A DNA stretch of 57,630 nucleotides, taken from an uncultured Thermodesulfobacteriaceae bacterium (lineage in GTDB: Bacteria > Desulfobacterota > Dissulfuribacteria > Dissulfuribacterales > UBA3076). Positions 57,506 through 57,630 of the stretch are shown piece by piece (the first letter of the stretch is position 1; the number at the start of each line of letters is the position of its first letter). Below the pieces are notes generated by a model. That model saw nothing but the letters and a program-made list of their open reading frames with translations, was not told the origin of the DNA and did not search any database. The translations under genes and the position numbers were made by a program. Where the stretch lies: the NCBI GenBank assembly GCA_964646435.1, contig CAZYEJ010000007.1:1-57630 (forward strand), written 5' to 3'.

Positions 57506-57575
57506 GTAACTCAAGCCCTTCCTATGCTAAAAAAAGGAATTGCAGGGATTTGGATTGAATTCCTTTCATATTGCT

Positions 57576-57630
57576 TAAGGAACGTACAATAAATAACTTG
57601 AACAAATTAACGTCTTTTTTGCCGTCTTCT
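57576..57630. mobile_element. Family D element, cut by window end
   Basis: Differs at one position over 55 bp from 21593-21647. Confidence 0.85.

Noticed and set aside
1-57630. Autonomous transposase, integrase, prophage or cas genes
   Set aside because: No ORF with DDE, tyrosine/serine recombinase, HUH, phage or Cas motifs was recognised

Overview
Bacterial chromosomal window, most likely Desulfobacterota (inferred from gene content and order). The left half (1-28.4 kb) is an accessory energy and signalling region ending exactly at the 3' end of tRNA-Leu(GAG). It holds a sigma54 activator without a receiver domain, stand-alone receivers and a PAS kinase, a sigma54-driven extended Mrp (Mnh) Na+/H+ antiporter operon, and a 9-heme cytochrome c / cytochrome b pair (CbcBA-like). 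Two outward-facing modules flank that pair, each a tetraheme cytochrome c plus a histidine kinase with a periplasmic CxxCH and a 7-Cys 'CW' domain. The right half is mostly housekeeping on the minus strand: ABC-2 exporter, amgK-like, AsmA-like, cobO, cobH, pyrG-kdsA-kdsC-lptCAB-rpoN-hpf-ptsN-rapZ-EIIA, gap, a giant PPDK-like protein without the pyruvate barrel, pgk, tpiA, secG and tRNA-Leu. At least six families of small non-autonomous inverted-repeat elements occur, and one has rewritten the PyrG C-terminus. The right end carries a TrkA-C pseudogene, degenerate type I-C-like CRISPR repeats and an abiF-like RNA hairpin. All calls come from motif recognition by eye; no searches were run.
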